Below are positions 18,594 to 29,187 of a DNA stretch of 64,000 nt, piece after piece. Positions within the stretch are counted from its first letter, which is position 1, and every line of letters begins with the position of its first letter. The stretch comes from an uncultured Clostridia bacterium (GTDB lineage: Bacteria; Bacillota; Clostridia; Oscillospirales; Acutalibacteraceae), in assembly GCA_944376265.1 (NCBI GenBank), contig CALWCD010000002.1, forward strand, positions 899 to 64,898, read 5' to 3'. The notes below the pieces were generated by a model. It searched no databases. It saw only the letters and a program-made list of their open reading frames with translations, and had not been told where the DNA came from. The position numbers and the translations under genes are program-made.

Positions 18594-19820
18594 TCAGCAC
18601 ACCGCTTTATGGAACACTTTCTTGCCCTTCTTGATGACCAAGCCGTTTGCAAAGGCCTCCTGAGGGAAGGTTTTGTTCATGTCGGTGACCTTCTCGTCGG
18701 CGATAGTCAGGCCGCCCTGCTGGATCAGACGACGACCTTCGCCCTTGGAGGGGACCAGGCCTGTTTTCAGCAGCAGGTCCAGCACCGCGATTTGACCGTC
18801 AGTGAAGTCCTGGGCGGACAGCTGAGTGGTGGGCATATTGGAGGTGTCCGCTCCAGCGCCAAACAGAGCCCGAGCCCCATCCTGAGCCTTCTGGGCTTCC
18901 TCTTCCCCGTGGACCATCTTGGTCAGCTCGAAGGCCAGGATCTCTTTGGCCTTGTTCAGCTGCTGATCCTTCCAGGTGCTCATCTCGTCAATCTGCTCCA
19001 GGGGCAGGAAGGTGAGCATGCGGATGCACTTGAGCACATCGGCGTCGTCCACATTGCGCCAGTACTGGTAGAAGTCGAAGGGGCTGGTCTTGTTGGGGTC
19101 CAGCCACACGGCGTTGCCGGCGGTCTTGCCCATCTTCTTGCCGTTGGAGTCGGTGAGCAGGGTGATGGTCATGGCGTGGGCGTCCTTGCCCAGCTTCCGG
19201 CGGATCAGCTCGGTGCCGCCCAGCATGTTGCTCCACTGGTCGTCGCCGCCGAACTCCATGTTGCAGCCGTAGTGCTGGAACAGGTAGTAGAAGTCGTAGC
19301 TCTGCATGATCATGTAGTTAAACTCCAGGAAGGACAGGCCCTTCTCCATGCGCTGCTTGTAGCACTCGGCCCGGAGCATATTGTTCACGCTGAAGCAGGC
19401 GCCCACCTCCCGCAGCAGGTCCACATAGTTCAGGTCCAGCAGCCAGTCGGCGTTGTTGAGCATCAGGGCTTTGCCTTCGCCCTCGCCGAACTCGATGAAC
19501 CGCTCCATCTGGCGTTTGAAGCACTGAGCGTTGTGCTCAATGTCCTCCTTGGTGAGCATCTTCCGCATGTCCGTGCGGCCGGAGGGGTCGCCGATCATAG
19601 TGGTGCCGCCGCCGATGAGGGCGATGGGCTTGTTCCCTGCCATCTGCAGCCGCTTCATCAGGGTGAGGGCCATAAAGTGGCCGGCGGTGAGGCTGTCGGC
19701 GGTGCAGTCAAAACCGATGTAGAACACGGCCTTGCCGTTGTTGACAACCTCCCGGATTTCCTCTTCGTTGGTGACCTGGGCAATCAATCCCCGGGCCTGC
19801 AGTTCTTCGTACACTCCCAT
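18594..19820 (-). CDS. tyrS: Tyrosine--tRNA ligase
   Basis: YIGFDCTADSLTAGH (HIGH equivalent), GDPSG, GGDDQWSN, KKMGKT (KMSKS equivalent), S4 domain. Confidence 0.96.
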   Translation of the reverse strand: MGVYEELQARGLIAQVTNEEEIREVVNNGKAVFYIGFDCTADSLTAGHFMALTLMKRLQMAGNKPIALIGGGTTMIGDPSGRTDMRKMLTKEDIEHNAQCFKRQMERFIEFGEGEGKALMLNNADWLLDLNYVDLLREVGACFSVNNMLRAECYKQRMEKGLSFLEFNYMIMQSYDFYYLFQHYGCNMEFGGDDQWSNMLGGTELIRRKLGKDAHAMTITLLTDSNGKKMGKTAGNAVWLDPNKTSPFDFYQYWRNVDDADVLKCIRMLTFLPLEQIDEMSTWKDQQLNKAKEILAFELTKMVHGEEEAQKAQDGARALFGAGADTSNMPTTQLSAQDFTDGQIAVLDLLLKTGLVPSKGEGRRLIQQGGLTIADEKVTDMNKTFPQEAFANGLVIKKGKKVFHKAVC

Positions 19821-19869
19821 GTGTATCATCCTTTCCAAACATGATGTTCCGAAAATGCCCGGGGCGCGG

Positions 19870-20145
19870 GCAAAAAGAAACGCCCCCCGCATTTTCACGC
19901 AGAGGGCGATAAAAAAGCTTTACCGCGGTACCACCTCAATTTATCACGGCCTTGCGGTCCGTGACCTTAGGGGCACTTTCATGCCCTGGCAGAGTAACGC
20001 CTGCCGGACGGCCGTCCCTACTGGAATGGGTTCAGAACGGCGGCTCAGGACTGTATGTTCAGCAGCCGCCACGCTCTCGCTTTCACCAGCCGCGAGCTCT
20101 CTTTGCCGTGGGACCCGGCGCCTACTTGGTTCCGTCATTGCCATT
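19870..20145 (-). promoter_or_regulatory. T-box riboswitch, Tyr (UAC) specifier
   Basis: T-box AATTGAGGTGGTACCGCGG (19923-19941), terminator CGCCCTCTGC..GCGGGGGGCG+TTTCTTTT, stem I with AGAGA and GGTGAA boxes and GAACA-TAC-AGTCC specifier (TAC at 20053-20055). Confidence 0.93.
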
Positions 20146-20152
20146 ATGAGAA

Positions 20153-20181
20153 ATTATAAGGCGGAGGGTGGGAAATGTCAA
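20153..20181 (-). promoter_or_regulatory. sigmaA promoter of tyrS leader
   Basis: Perfect TTGACA-N17-TATAAT; the TGA of -35 is the recN stop codon. Confidence 0.85.
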
Positions 20182-21836
20182 GCCTTTTGCAGCATTTCCT
20201 CAGCCATTTCCAGCTGCAGCTGAGTGATGGAGTCTCCCCCGATGATCCGTGCAACCTCCCGCTTTCTCCCTTCCAGGTCCAGCGCTTTCACTTGGGTGAA
20301 GGTGCGCTCCCCTTCCACATGCTTGGAGATGAGCAGATGATGGTCCGCCAGGGCAGCCATTTGGGCCAGGTGGGTGATGCACAGTACTTGGCGGTCTCGG
20401 GAAACCTGCTTCAGCTTCTGTCCCACCTTGTTTGCGGCGGCCCCGCTGATGCCTGTGTCCACCTCGTCAAAGATGAGGGTGTCCACCTTATCCTTGCCGG
20501 AAAGCACGGTCTTAATGGCCAGCATGATGCGGGAAAGCTCGCCGCCGGACGCGATCTTGGACATGGGCTTGGGCGGTTCCCCCTTGTTGGCGGACACCAG
20601 GAATTGAATTTTGTCGCAGCCCATGGCGTACAGGGGAACCCGCTGAATCTCCGTTTCGAATTCGATGCCGGGCATATTGAGAAAGGCCAGCTCCTCCTTT
20701 ACCTGCCGGATAAACAGGCCGGACGCCTGCTTCCGCTTTTGGGAAAGCTTCTTTGCCAGGGCGATGGCCCTGCTTTTTTTCTCCTCGTACAAAGCCTCCA
20801 GCCGTTCCCGCTCCTCATCGGAAAATTCAATCTGGTGCAGCCGGGAGCGGCAATCCTCCAAATACTCCAGGATCTTTTCCTCGCTGCCGCCGTATTTCAG
20901 GCCCAGCTTATACAGCAGATCCAGCCGGTCCTCTATGGATTCCAAAAGCTCCGGGTCAAAGTCCACGCCTACATTTCGAAGCAGGGCGTCCACATCCTCC
21001 AGCAGGTAGCCAGCCTCCTGGAGCTTTTGAGAAGCCTCCTCCAGTTCGGGAAGATACGCCGCTGCTCGGGAGGCTTCCGAGGAGGCCTGGGAAATTTCGG
21101 ACAGCAGCCCCTCCCGCTCTTCGTCCCCGGAGAGCAGCCCCCGAACCAGCTCCAGCGCCTCGGCGATCTTCTCGCTGTTGCGGATCGCTTCCCGCTGGGT
21201 CTCCAGTTCTTCCCGTTCTCCCGCCCGAACACCGGCCCCTTCGATCTCATCGATCTGGTAGTGGAGCAGGTCGGAGAGCCGGGCCTTTTCCCCCTCGTCG
21301 GTCTGCAGAGCCTCCAGCTGACGCTGAGTTTCCCGCAGTCCCCGGTAGGCGCTTTGGTACTCCGCCAGAAGGTCTTCCAACCCGCCAAAGCTGTCCAGGT
21401 AGGTCATGTGGACTTCCGGGGACAGAAGCTCGTAGCTTTCGTGCTGGCCGTGAATGGTCACCAGCCGGGGCCCCAGCTCCTTCAGCATGGACACCGTGGC
21501 GGGCGCCCCGTTGAGTTTACAGGAAGCCCTGCCCTCCAGCCGGATGTCCCGCTGGATCAGCAGGGAGCCGTCCTCTTCCCGGGGAATGGAAAGCCGGTCC
21601 AGAAGGGCAAGCGTATCCTGGTCCAGCCCCGTAAACAGGGCGGACACGGAAGCGCTGGAAGCTCCGGTACGGACCAATTCCCTGGAAGTGCGCTCTCCCA
21701 GCACGGCGTGGATGGCATCGATGATAATGGACTTGCCGGCGCCGGTCTCACCGGTGAGCACCGTAAACCCTTTTTCCAAGTCGATGGACGCCTTCTCAAT
21801 CACCGCGATATTTTGAATGTAGAGTTGTGAAAGCAT
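20178..21836 (-). CDS. recN: DNA repair protein RecN
   Basis: LTGETGAGKSIIIDA, IHGQH, ASGGELSR, LIFDEVDTG, CITHLAQ. Confidence 0.97.
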   Translation of the reverse strand: MLSQLYIQNIAVIEKASIDLEKGFTVLTGETGAGKSIIIDAIHAVLGERTSRELVRTGASSASVSALFTGLDQDTLALLDRLSIPREEDGSLLIQRDIRLEGRASCKLNGAPATVSMLKELGPRLVTIHGQHESYELLSPEVHMTYLDSFGGLEDLLAEYQSAYRGLRETQRQLEALQTDEGEKARLSDLLHYQIDEIEGAGVRAGEREELETQREAIRNSEKIAEALELVRGLLSGDEEREGLLSEISQASSEASRAAAYLPELEEASQKLQEAGYLLEDVDALLRNVGVDFDPELLESIEDRLDLLYKLGLKYGGSEEKILEYLEDCRSRLHQIEFSDEERERLEALYEEKKSRAIALAKKLSQKRKQASGLFIRQVKEELAFLNMPGIEFETEIQRVPLYAMGCDKIQFLVSANKGEPPKPMSKIASGGELSRIMLAIKTVLSGKDKVDTLIFDEVDTGISGAAANKVGQKLKQVSRDRQVLCITHLAQMAALADHHLLISKHVEGERTFTQVKALDLEGRKREVARIIGGDSITQLQLEMAEEMLQKA

Positions 21837-21840
21837 ATCC

Positions 21841-22293
21841 TCACCTGTTGATCAGCTTGCGAAACTCTTCCTGGGTTTCCGTTGCGTCGGCCTCAGTGCG
21901 GCAGACAATGAAAATGGTGTCCTCTCCCGCCAATGTGCCCACAAAGCCGGGCCATTGCATGGAGTCCATGGAGGCGCAGACTGCCTGGGCCATCCCGGTC
22001 ATGCACCGGACCACCACCATGTTCTGGGCGGCTTCCACGGAGAGCACCGAATCGGCGAAGAAGGAGTAGAACTTGGAGGACATGTCGCTGATGTTCTCAC
22101 TGCCGGTGGAGTACCGGTATTTCCCCGCGTGGGAAAGAGTTTTCACAAGGCGCAGCTCCTTGATATCCCGGGAAACGGTGGCTTGTGTCACGTCGAAGCC
22201 GCTCTCCCGCAGATAGCGGAGCAGTTCGTCTTGGGTGTCGATGTCGAATTCTTTGATGAGTTCCAGGATTTTCGCGTGCCTACGAGTTTTCAT
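21841..22293 (-). CDS. argR: Arginine repressor
   Basis: TQDEL..GFDVTQATVSRDIKEL, GTLAGEDTIF. Confidence 0.95.
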   Translation of the reverse strand: MKTRRHAKILELIKEFDIDTQDELLRYLRESGFDVTQATVSRDIKELRLVKTLSHAGKYRYSTGSENISDMSSKFYSFFADSVLSVEAAQNMVVVRCMTGMAQAVCASMDSMQWPGFVGTLAGEDTIFIVCRTEADATETQEEFRKLINR

Positions 22294-22361
22294 AAGAGGG
22301 AAACCAATCCTTTCTGGCGAATGCGCCGTTATACTCATGTTTCATATGGAAACGGACACGG

Positions 22362-23198
22362 TCACTGCCGTGTTTCGATGATTTTCTGATTGAGGATGTC
22401 GTAAAAATCGTACCCGCCCAGGCGAATGAACCGGGCCGTTCTGTCTGCCGGGAAAAAGCGAAGGGCGTCCCCGGGAAACACCTCCAACGGGGTTTCTCCG
22501 TCCACAGAGAGAAACAGCTTCCCGATGTTTTCGGGAACGTTTACCAGCAGCTGGGAGTCCGCGCCGAAGATAACGCTTCGGTTGAACAGAGAGTGAGGGC
22601 AAATGGGAGTGTACACCAAACAGTCCATGTTTGGTTCGATCACAGGCCCTCCCGCGGAAAGGGAGTAAGCCGTGGAACCGGTGGGGGTGGCTACGATAAA
22701 GCCGTCCGCCCGGTATTGATAGGAACGCCTGCCCAGGGTCATCTGGTAGTCGATGATCTTGGCAGGCTCCCCGGAGAGCACCGCGTCGTTGAGCGCGTAG
22801 AACTTTTGAGAGCCGTGGGCGGAATCCAGTTCCACGGCCAGCATCAGCCGGCGCTCTTCCCGGTATTCCCCGCGGATCAGGCGGGAGAGCAGAGAGAGCT
22901 CGTGGCGTTCCACGCCGGCTGTAAAGCCCAGCTTTCCCGCGTTGACGCCCAAAATGGGCTTGTTCATAGAGGCCGCCAGCTTGGCGGTGTGAATGATGGT
23001 CCCGTCCCCCCCTATGGCGATGAACAGGTCGCAGGAGCGAAGAGAATCTTCCACCCGCTCCTGATAGAGCCCATGGGCTGTGAACAGGTCGGTTTTCAGC
23101 ACGGTTTCACAGCCGCAGCGGGAGAGGATCTCCAGCACCTCATCGGTACAGGCCTGGGCAGCCTCCTTTGTCAAATTGGGAACCACAGCGATCTTCAC
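22362..23198 (-). CDS. nadK: NAD kinase
   Basis: GGDGT, GVNAGKLGF, LND, DGFIVATPTGSTAYSLSAGGP; GTG start after AAGGAGG. Confidence 0.95.
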   Translation of the reverse strand: MKIAVVPNLTKEAAQACTDEVLEILSRCGCETVLKTDLFTAHGLYQERVEDSLRSCDLFIAIGGDGTIIHTAKLAASMNKPILGVNAGKLGFTAGVERHELSLLSRLIRGEYREERRLMLAVELDSAHGSQKFYALNDAVLSGEPAKIIDYQMTLGRRSYQYRADGFIVATPTGSTAYSLSAGGPVIEPNMDCLVYTPICPHSLFNRSVIFGADSQLLVNVPENIGKLFLSVDGETPLEVFPGDALRFFPADRTARFIRLGGYDFYDILNQKIIETRQ

Positions 23199-23223
23199 AG
23201 GGCGTTCCCTCCTTTCTCTTCCC

Positions 23224-24042
23224 TCATTCCCTTCCGGGCCGGTCCAGCTCCCTGTGGGATTCTTCCACCACCTGGGCAGCCTGGGGAACATCGGGCGCCT
23301 GGTCCGGCGCGTCGGACCGTTCCAGGTAGATCAGGTATTCAATGTTCCCTTCCGGCCCCTTTACCGGGGAAAAGGTCAGCCCCAGCACGGAAAACCCGTT
23401 TTCCAGAGCGAACGTCCGAATTTTCTCAATCACCTCTTGGTGGACGGACTGGTCCCGGACCACACCCTTCTTCCCCACTTTTTCCCGGCCCGCTTCGAAT
23501 TGCGGTTTAATCAGGCATACAGCCTGGCCTCGCTCCCCCAGAAGGGGCCGCACCGCGGGAAGGATGAGGGTGAGGGAGATAAAGGACACGTCCACCGAGA
23601 AAAAACCAATCTCCTCGGGAATCTGTTCTCTTGTAAGGTAACGGGCGTTGGTCCGTTCCAGGTTGACCACACGGGGGTCGGTGCGAAGGCTCCAGGCAAG
23701 CTGGCCGTAGCCCACGTCCACCGAGTAGACCTTGACGGCACCGTTTTGCAGCATGCAGTCCGTGAACCCCCCGGTGGAGGCTCCCACGTCCATGCACACT
23801 TTACCGGTGAGAGTGAGCCCAAACTGCTTCATGGCCTTCTCCAGCTTCAGTCCGCCCCGGCTGACGTACTGCAGGCCCTTTCCGCGGACCTCCACCTGGG
23901 CCTCCTGGGGAAACGTGTCCCCGGGCTTGTCGGCCTTCTGGTTGTCCACGTACACCAGGCCTGCCATGATCAGCGTTTTGGCCTTTTCCCGGCTTTCCGC
24001 CAACCCTCGTTCCGTCACCAGAATGTCAAGGCGTTTTTTCAT
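23224..24042 (-). CDS. tlyA: TlyA family rRNA 2'-O-methyltransferase
   Basis: S4 domain KRLD, YVSRGGLKL, DVGASTGGFTD, DVSFISL, KPQFEAG, GNIEYL. Confidence 0.95.
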   Translation of the reverse strand: MKKRLDILVTERGLAESREKAKTLIMAGLVYVDNQKADKPGDTFPQEAQVEVRGKGLQYVSRGGLKLEKAMKQFGLTLTGKVCMDVGASTGGFTDCMLQNGAVKVYSVDVGYGQLAWSLRTDPRVVNLERTNARYLTREQIPEEIGFFSVDVSFISLTLILPAVRPLLGERGQAVCLIKPQFEAGREKVGKKGVVRDQSVHQEVIEKIRTFALENGFSVLGLTFSPVKGPEGNIEYLIYLERSDAPDQAPDVPQAAQVVEESHRELDRPGRE

Positions 24043-25915
24043 GGCTTTCTCCTTTTCCCTGTTGCAGCGTATCCAGCACCAGCTGCTGGATGCCCTCTGT
24101 GTTCAGTCCCAAGGTTTCCAGAGACCGGAACATGGGGGCGTGCTTGATATAGGGGTCCTCAATGGCCCGCAGGTGGAAGGTCCCCTCAAACCCCTGCTCT
24201 TCCAGAAGGTAGGAAAAGTGTTCCCCGATGCCTCCCCGCTGAATGCCCTCCTCCAGGAAGAACACGTGACGGCAGGATCGGGCCGCTTGAACAGCGGCAG
24301 GGTCGATGGGGATGATCCGATTGAGTTTTACCAGCTTTACCGGAAGGTCCCGGCTCTTCAGCCGTTCCATGCACTCCGCGGCAAAGGAGAACACTCTGCC
24401 AAACGTGACAAGGCACACGGAGGCGTCCTCCTGGCCGAACACACTGGTGGGGGCGGCAGTGCTTTCAAAGTAGGCGGGCTTGTACAGCTCTTTCCCACGG
24501 GGATAGCGAATGGCGCAAAGCCCTTTTCCCTTTTCTACCAGGTAGGTGAGCTGCAGCCGAAGCTCCCGGAAATATGCGGGAGAGTACACGGTGATGTGGG
24601 GGATGGTCTGGAGATAGGCGGCGTCAAATACCCCCTGATGGGTTTTGCCGTCCTCCCCCACCACCCCGGCACGGTCAATGGCCAGAATGGCTTTGGTGTT
24701 CTGCAGGGAGATGTCGTGGATCAGCTGGTCGTAAGCGCGCTGGAGAAAGGTGGAGTACACCGCGAACACGGGAAGCATGCCACCTGCGGCAAGCCCACCC
24801 GCAAAGGTGACCGCATGTTCCTCCGAGATGCCCACGTCGAAGAACCGGCTCCGGAATTCCTCCCGGAATTCTCCCAGGCCCGTTCCGCTCTGCATGGCAG
24901 CGGTAATGGCGCAGATTTTGGGATTTTCCCTGGCAAGCGCGCAGAGAGTGGTTCCAAACTCGTCGGAGAAGCTTTGGGACTTTTCCCCCGTGTCCCCGGT
25001 GGTCACGTCGAAGCCGGAAAGCCCGTGGTAGATGGTGGGGTCCTGCTCCGCGTACTGGTAGCCCTTCCCCTTGTAGGTCCGAATGTGCAGCAGCACCGGC
25101 TTGTGGAGCAGTTTGGCAGTCTCCAGGGTCTCCGCAAGCTCCTTTACGTTGTGGCCGTCAAAGGGGCCGTAATAGGCAAAACCGAAGTCCTCGAAAATGG
25201 TGGAATTGTAAAACACCCGCTTGACGCCCCGCTTCAGCCGGCGCAGCCCTCCCGCGATGGCGGAGCCCACTGCCGGAAGTCTCTGAAGGGACCGCTCAAG
25301 ACGGTTCTTCGTTTTGATGTACCCGGGCTTGGTCCGAATGTAGCTGAGGTACCGCGCCATAGAGCCCACGTTTTTGGAAATGGACATGGTGTTGTCATTG
25401 AGAATGACAATCAGGTTCCGGTGCAGCCGGCCGGCGTTGTTCAGACCCTCGTAGGCCAGGCCGCCGGTAAGGGCGCCGTCGCCGATCACCGCCACCACAT
25501 AGCCCTCTTTCCCCTGGAGGTAGTTGGCCTCGGACACGCCTAAAGCGGAAGAGATAGAGGTGCTGCTGTGGCCGCAGGTAAACAGGTCGTATTCGCTTTC
25601 CTCCCGGGAGGGAAACCCTGAAAGGCCGCCCTCTGTACGGATGGTGGAAAACTGGGCATACCGCCCGGTCAGCAGCTTATAGGGGTAGCTTTGGTGTCCC
25701 ACATCCCAGACAATGGTGTCCCGGGGAGGTGAAAACGCCAGCCCCAAAGCCACCGTCAGCTCCACGACCCCCAGGTTGGAGGCCAAGTGGCCGCCGTTGG
25801 CGGAGACCGTGTCAATGATGACCCGGCGCATTTCCTCGCACAGGGCGGTGAGCTCCTGGGCATCCAGCCCTTTGATGTCTTCCGGAGAATGGACCTTTTC
25901 CAGCAAACTTGCCAT
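24026..25915 (-). CDS. dxs: 1-deoxy-D-xylulose-5-phosphate synthase
   Basis: GGHLASNLG, DVGHQ.Y, GHSSTSIS, GDGALTGG..EGLNN, DVGISEEHA, DRAG. Confidence 0.97.
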   Translation of the reverse strand: MASLLEKVHSPEDIKGLDAQELTALCEEMRRVIIDTVSANGGHLASNLGVVELTVALGLAFSPPRDTIVWDVGHQSYPYKLLTGRYAQFSTIRTEGGLSGFPSREESEYDLFTCGHSSTSISSALGVSEANYLQGKEGYVVAVIGDGALTGGLAYEGLNNAGRLHRNLIVILNDNTMSISKNVGSMARYLSYIRTKPGYIKTKNRLERSLQRLPAVGSAIAGGLRRLKRGVKRVFYNSTIFEDFGFAYYGPFDGHNVKELAETLETAKLLHKPVLLHIRTYKGKGYQYAEQDPTIYHGLSGFDVTTGDTGEKSQSFSDEFGTTLCALARENPKICAITAAMQSGTGLGEFREEFRSRFFDVGISEEHAVTFAGGLAAGGMLPVFAVYSTFLQRAYDQLIHDISLQNTKAILAIDRAGVVGEDGKTHQGVFDAAYLQTIPHITVYSPAYFRELRLQLTYLVEKGKGLCAIRYPRGKELYKPAYFESTAAPTSVFGQEDASVCLVTFGRVFSFAAECMERLKSRDLPVKLVKLNRIIPIDPAAVQAARSCRHVFFLEEGIQRGGIGEHFSYLLEEQGFEGTFHLRAIEDPYIKHAPMFRSLETLGLNTEGIQQLVLDTLQQGKGESHEKTP

Positions 25916-25936
25916 ATAGAGACAACTCCCGTCCGG

Positions 25937-26791
25937 TCAACCCAGCTGACTTTGCAGCTTGGCGGCGGTGACCGTGTTTTTCAACAGCATGGCGATGGTC
26001 ATGGGACCTACGCCCCCCGGTACCGGGGTGATGTAAGAGGCAATGGGCTCCACCTGGGCAAAGTCCACGTCCCCGCACAGCTTGCCGTTTTCGTCCCGGT
26101 TCATGCCCACGTCGATGACTACGGCGCCGGGCTGGACCATGTCCGCTGTGACAAAGCGGCTCTTCCCCACGGCGGAGACAAGGATCTCTGCCTGCCGGGT
26201 GATCTCCGGCAGATTCTTGGTGCGGCTGTGGCACACGGTGACCGTGCCGTTTTGGTGGAGCAGAAGCATGGCCATGGGCTTGCCCACAATGTTGCTGCGG
26301 CCAATCACCACGCAGCGCTTCCCTTCCACGGAGATGTCATAGGCCTTCAGCAGCTCCATGATCCCCGCCGGAGTGCAGGGCAGGAAGTGGTAATCTCCCA
26401 GCATAATCTTTCCCACGTTGTAGGCGTGGAAGGCATCCACATCCTTCTTGGGATCGATGGCTTCCACCACCGCTGCCTCATCCAGTCCCTTAGGCAGAGG
26501 GGACTGAACCAGAATGCCGTGGATGTCCCCCTTGTGGTTCAGCTTGTCCACCAGGGCCAGCAGCTCCTCTTGGGTGGTCTCCGCCGGAAGCGCGTATTCC
26601 TCCGAGTAGATTCCCGTGGCCTGGCAGGCCTTTTTCTTGTTGTTCACATAGATTCTGGAGGCGGGGTCGTCTCCCACGATCACCACTGCCAGCCCGGGGC
26701 AAAGGCCCTGTTCCTTCAGGGCGGCAACCTCTTTGGCCACCTCATCCCGCACTTTGGCGGAAACGGCTTTGCCGTCAATGCGCGTCGCCAT
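25937..26791 (-). CDS. folD: Methylene-THF dehydrogenase/cyclohydrolase
   Basis: [39 protein letters not shown]. Confidence 0.97.
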   Translation of the reverse strand: MATRIDGKAVSAKVRDEVAKEVAALKEQGLCPGLAVVIVGDDPASRIYVNNKKKACQATGIYSEEYALPAETTQEELLALVDKLNHKGDIHGILVQSPLPKGLDEAAVVEAIDPKKDVDAFHAYNVGKIMLGDYHFLPCTPAGIMELLKAYDISVEGKRCVVIGRSNIVGKPMAMLLLHQNGTVTVCHSRTKNLPEITRQAEILVSAVGKSRFVTADMVQPGAVVIDVGMNRDENGKLCGDVDFAQVEPIASYITPVPGGVGPMTIAMLLKNTVTAAKLQSQLG

Positions 26792-26817
26792 ACCTTTTCT
26801 CATCCTTTCTCAAGCAG

Positions 26818-27861
26818 TCATTTGGACTGATCCTCAGTTTCTTCCTGGGCGGGAGCTTCCTCGGCCTCAGGGCTTTCTTCCTTCTGGGATGGGGAGGCCT
26901 CCTGCTCTTGGGACTCGGTGCCGAAAATCTCCCGCAATTCCTCCTGGGGAAGGTCCCCAAAAATGGTGCTGGGAATGCTGCCCTCCTCGGTCTGGAGGGG
27001 AAGTTCCCCGTCTGTCAGGCCCACGGACTCCATCACGTGGGGGTCTCCGCAGCCGGACAGGCTGGTTCTGTGCCGGAATACCACCAGCAGCACCACCCCG
27101 GCAATGACGCACACGCCGGCCAGCACCTGGGAGACCCGCAGGTTGATCCCGGGGATCATCAGGCTGTCGGTGCGCAGGCCCTCAATGAAGAACCGGCAGA
27201 ACCCGTACCACACGGTGTACAGGAGGAAAGTCTGGCCGTCATAGCGGCGGAGCTTTCTGGTGAAGAAATGAAGCAGCACAAACCCCAGGAAGCAAAGCAG
27301 AGACTCGTACAGGAAGCAGGGATGGACGTTTCCCTCCACCACCAGGGCGGTGTTGTCGCTGTGCATGCCCCAGGGCAGATCCGTGGCGGTGCCGAAAGCC
27401 TCCTGGTTCACAAAATTTCCCCAGCGCCCCACTCCCTGGCCAATCAAAAAGCCCAGAGAAGCGATGTCCAGCACGGCGGGCACTTTCAGTTTCCGCAGCT
27501 TTGCCGTAATGCTGCCGAACACCACAGCGCCGATAAGGCCGCCGTAGATGGCAAGGCCGCCGTCGTGGATCTGAAGGATCTTAATGGGGTCTGTCCAGTA
27601 TTTGTCCCCCGGGTAGAACACCACGTAGTACAGGCGGGCGCAGACAATTCCGGCGATCAGGCCCACAATGACCACGTCAAACAGCCGGTTGATGTCGATA
27701 TTCATCTTTTTGCAGCTGAAGCTGGCGTACAGGATTGCCAGCAGGAACCCTGCGGCGATGATGATCCCATACCAGTAGATGTGGTAGTTGCCAATTGAGA
27801 AAGCAACGGTGTTTACGGTAAATTCCCATCCCAGATGGGGAAATGAAACTTGATGAGTCAT
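26818..27861 (-). CDS. lgt: Prolipoprotein diacylglyceryl transferase
   Basis: YWYG, ARLYYV, GGLAIYGG, GRWGNF, HPCFLYES; long acidic C-tail. Confidence 0.94.
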   Translation of the reverse strand: MTHQVSFPHLGWEFTVNTVAFSIGNYHIYWYGIIIAAGFLLAILYASFSCKKMNIDINRLFDVVIVGLIAGIVCARLYYVVFYPGDKYWTDPIKILQIHDGGLAIYGGLIGAVVFGSITAKLRKLKVPAVLDIASLGFLIGQGVGRWGNFVNQEAFGTATDLPWGMHSDNTALVVEGNVHPCFLYESLLCFLGFVLLHFFTRKLRRYDGQTFLLYTVWYGFCRFFIEGLRTDSLMIPGINLRVSQVLAGVCVIAGVVLLVVFRHRTSLSGCGDPHVMESVGLTDGELPLQTEEGSIPSTIFGDLPQEELREIFGTESQEQEASPSQKEESPEAEEAPAQEETEDQSK

Positions 27862-27900
27862 GGGGATGCATTCTCCTTTCAGCCCGCAGGCTGTGTGGGT

Positions 27901-29187
27901 TTAGAGGGGCCGGATCACGGAGAGCACGCTCCGTTCCTCCTGGAAGATCCGGTCCAGGGACTGCTGGCAATCTTCGAGGCGCAGGCCGGCCAAAGCGTCG
28001 ATATACGCAAAGAGCTCCCTGCCCTTCAAGGCCATGTTGGCAAGGCCGTTGGAAATATTCCCGGTGCTGTTCAGGCTGGAAACAATCTCCCCGTACAGGG
28101 CGCGTTTGGAGCGCTGGAACGCCTCTTCCGGGATGCCCTCCTTCCGGAATCTCATGGCCTCTTCCAAAATGGCCCGGGCGGCCTGTTCCGGGTCCTTGGA
28201 CTCCCCGGAGAAAATCACCGTGGCGTAACCGCTGCCCTCAAAGTACTCGTAGGCGAAGCTGGACTCGTTCACAAGGCCCCGCTCCAGCAGATCCCGGAAC
28301 AAGGGGGAAGCCTCGGAAGCCAGGGTCTCCAGCAGCACCTCCACCGCCGCAACGTCCTTTTCGCCCCGTGGCTTGGAGGCGTCCGGCTCCTTGAAGCCGA
28401 ACTGGAACAGAGGCAGCGCCACCGAAAGGCGTTCCTCCACTTTGGGCTTGACTACGGAGTCGGGTTCCGGCGGGAACACCCTGGTGACGGTGACGGGATC
28501 GGAACGCTTGAGCATCCGGTCGCACACCTCTAGAACCTTGTCCTGGTCAAAGCTGCCTGCCAGGGAAAGCACCATGTTCCCCAGGTTGTAGAAGGTGTTG
28601 TAGCACCGGTACAGCAGCTCCGGCGTGATCTGGGCAATGCTCTCCACCGTGCCGGCGATGTCCTGCTGGATGGGGTGGCTGTGGTACATGGCCTTCAGGT
28701 AGTTGAACATCACCCGCCACTGGGGATCGTCGTCGTACATTTTGATCTCCTGGCCGATGATCCCCTGTTCCTTCCGCACGGTCTCCTCCGTGAAGTAAGG
28801 GGACTGGACAAAGTCCAGCAGGATCTCCAAAGACTCGTACAGGTTGTCGGTGCAGGAGAACAGGTAACAGGTGGACTCGAAGGAGGTGAAGGCGTTGGCG
28901 CTGGCGCCGGTTTTGGCAAAACGGTCGAAGGCGTCCCCGTCCTCGCTCTCAAAGAGCTTGTGCTCCAGGTAATGGGCAATGCCCTCCGGCACCGATTCCG
29001 GCGCGGGTTCGTCGCTGCGCTGGAAGCAGTTGTCAATGGAGCCATACCTGGTGCCGAACATGGTGTAAGCGGTGCTGCAGTGTTCCTTGGGGTACAGCAA
29101 AATGGTCAGCCCCGAAGGGTGTTTGATCTCCGTATAGGCGTCCCCCACCCGCTGACTTTGATAGATTTTAGAAATGCGCTCAGCCAT
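27901..29187 (-). CDS. M16 (insulinase) zinc peptidase, YmfH-like, active subunit
   Basis: GIAHYLEHKLFE (HxxEH), NAFTS, KEQGIIGQEI. Confidence 0.9.
   Translation of the reverse strand: MAERISKIYQSQRVGDAYTEIKHPSGLTILLYPKEHCSTAYTMFGTRYGSIDNCFQRSDEPAPESVPEGIAHYLEHKLFESEDGDAFDRFAKTGASANAFTSFESTCYLFSCTDNLYESLEILLDFVQSPYFTEETVRKEQGIIGQEIKMYDDDPQWRVMFNYLKAMYHSHPIQQDIAGTVESIAQITPELLYRCYNTFYNLGNMVLSLAGSFDQDKVLEVCDRMLKRSDPVTVTRVFPPEPDSVVKPKVEERLSVALPLFQFGFKEPDASKPRGEKDVAAVEVLLETLASEASPLFRDLLERGLVNESSFAYEYFEGSGYATVIFSGESKDPEQAARAILEEAMRFRKEGIPEEAFQRSKRALYGEIVSSLNSTGNISNGLANMALKGRELFAYIDALAGLRLEDCQQSLDRIFQEERSVLSVIRPL

Noticed and set aside
26818-26990. Acidic C-terminal tail on Lgt as a possible fused domain
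   Set aside because: Low-complexity Glu/Pro/Ser sequence without motif; similar tails occur on several proteins here (ClpC, ABC ATPase), so probably a lineage habit.
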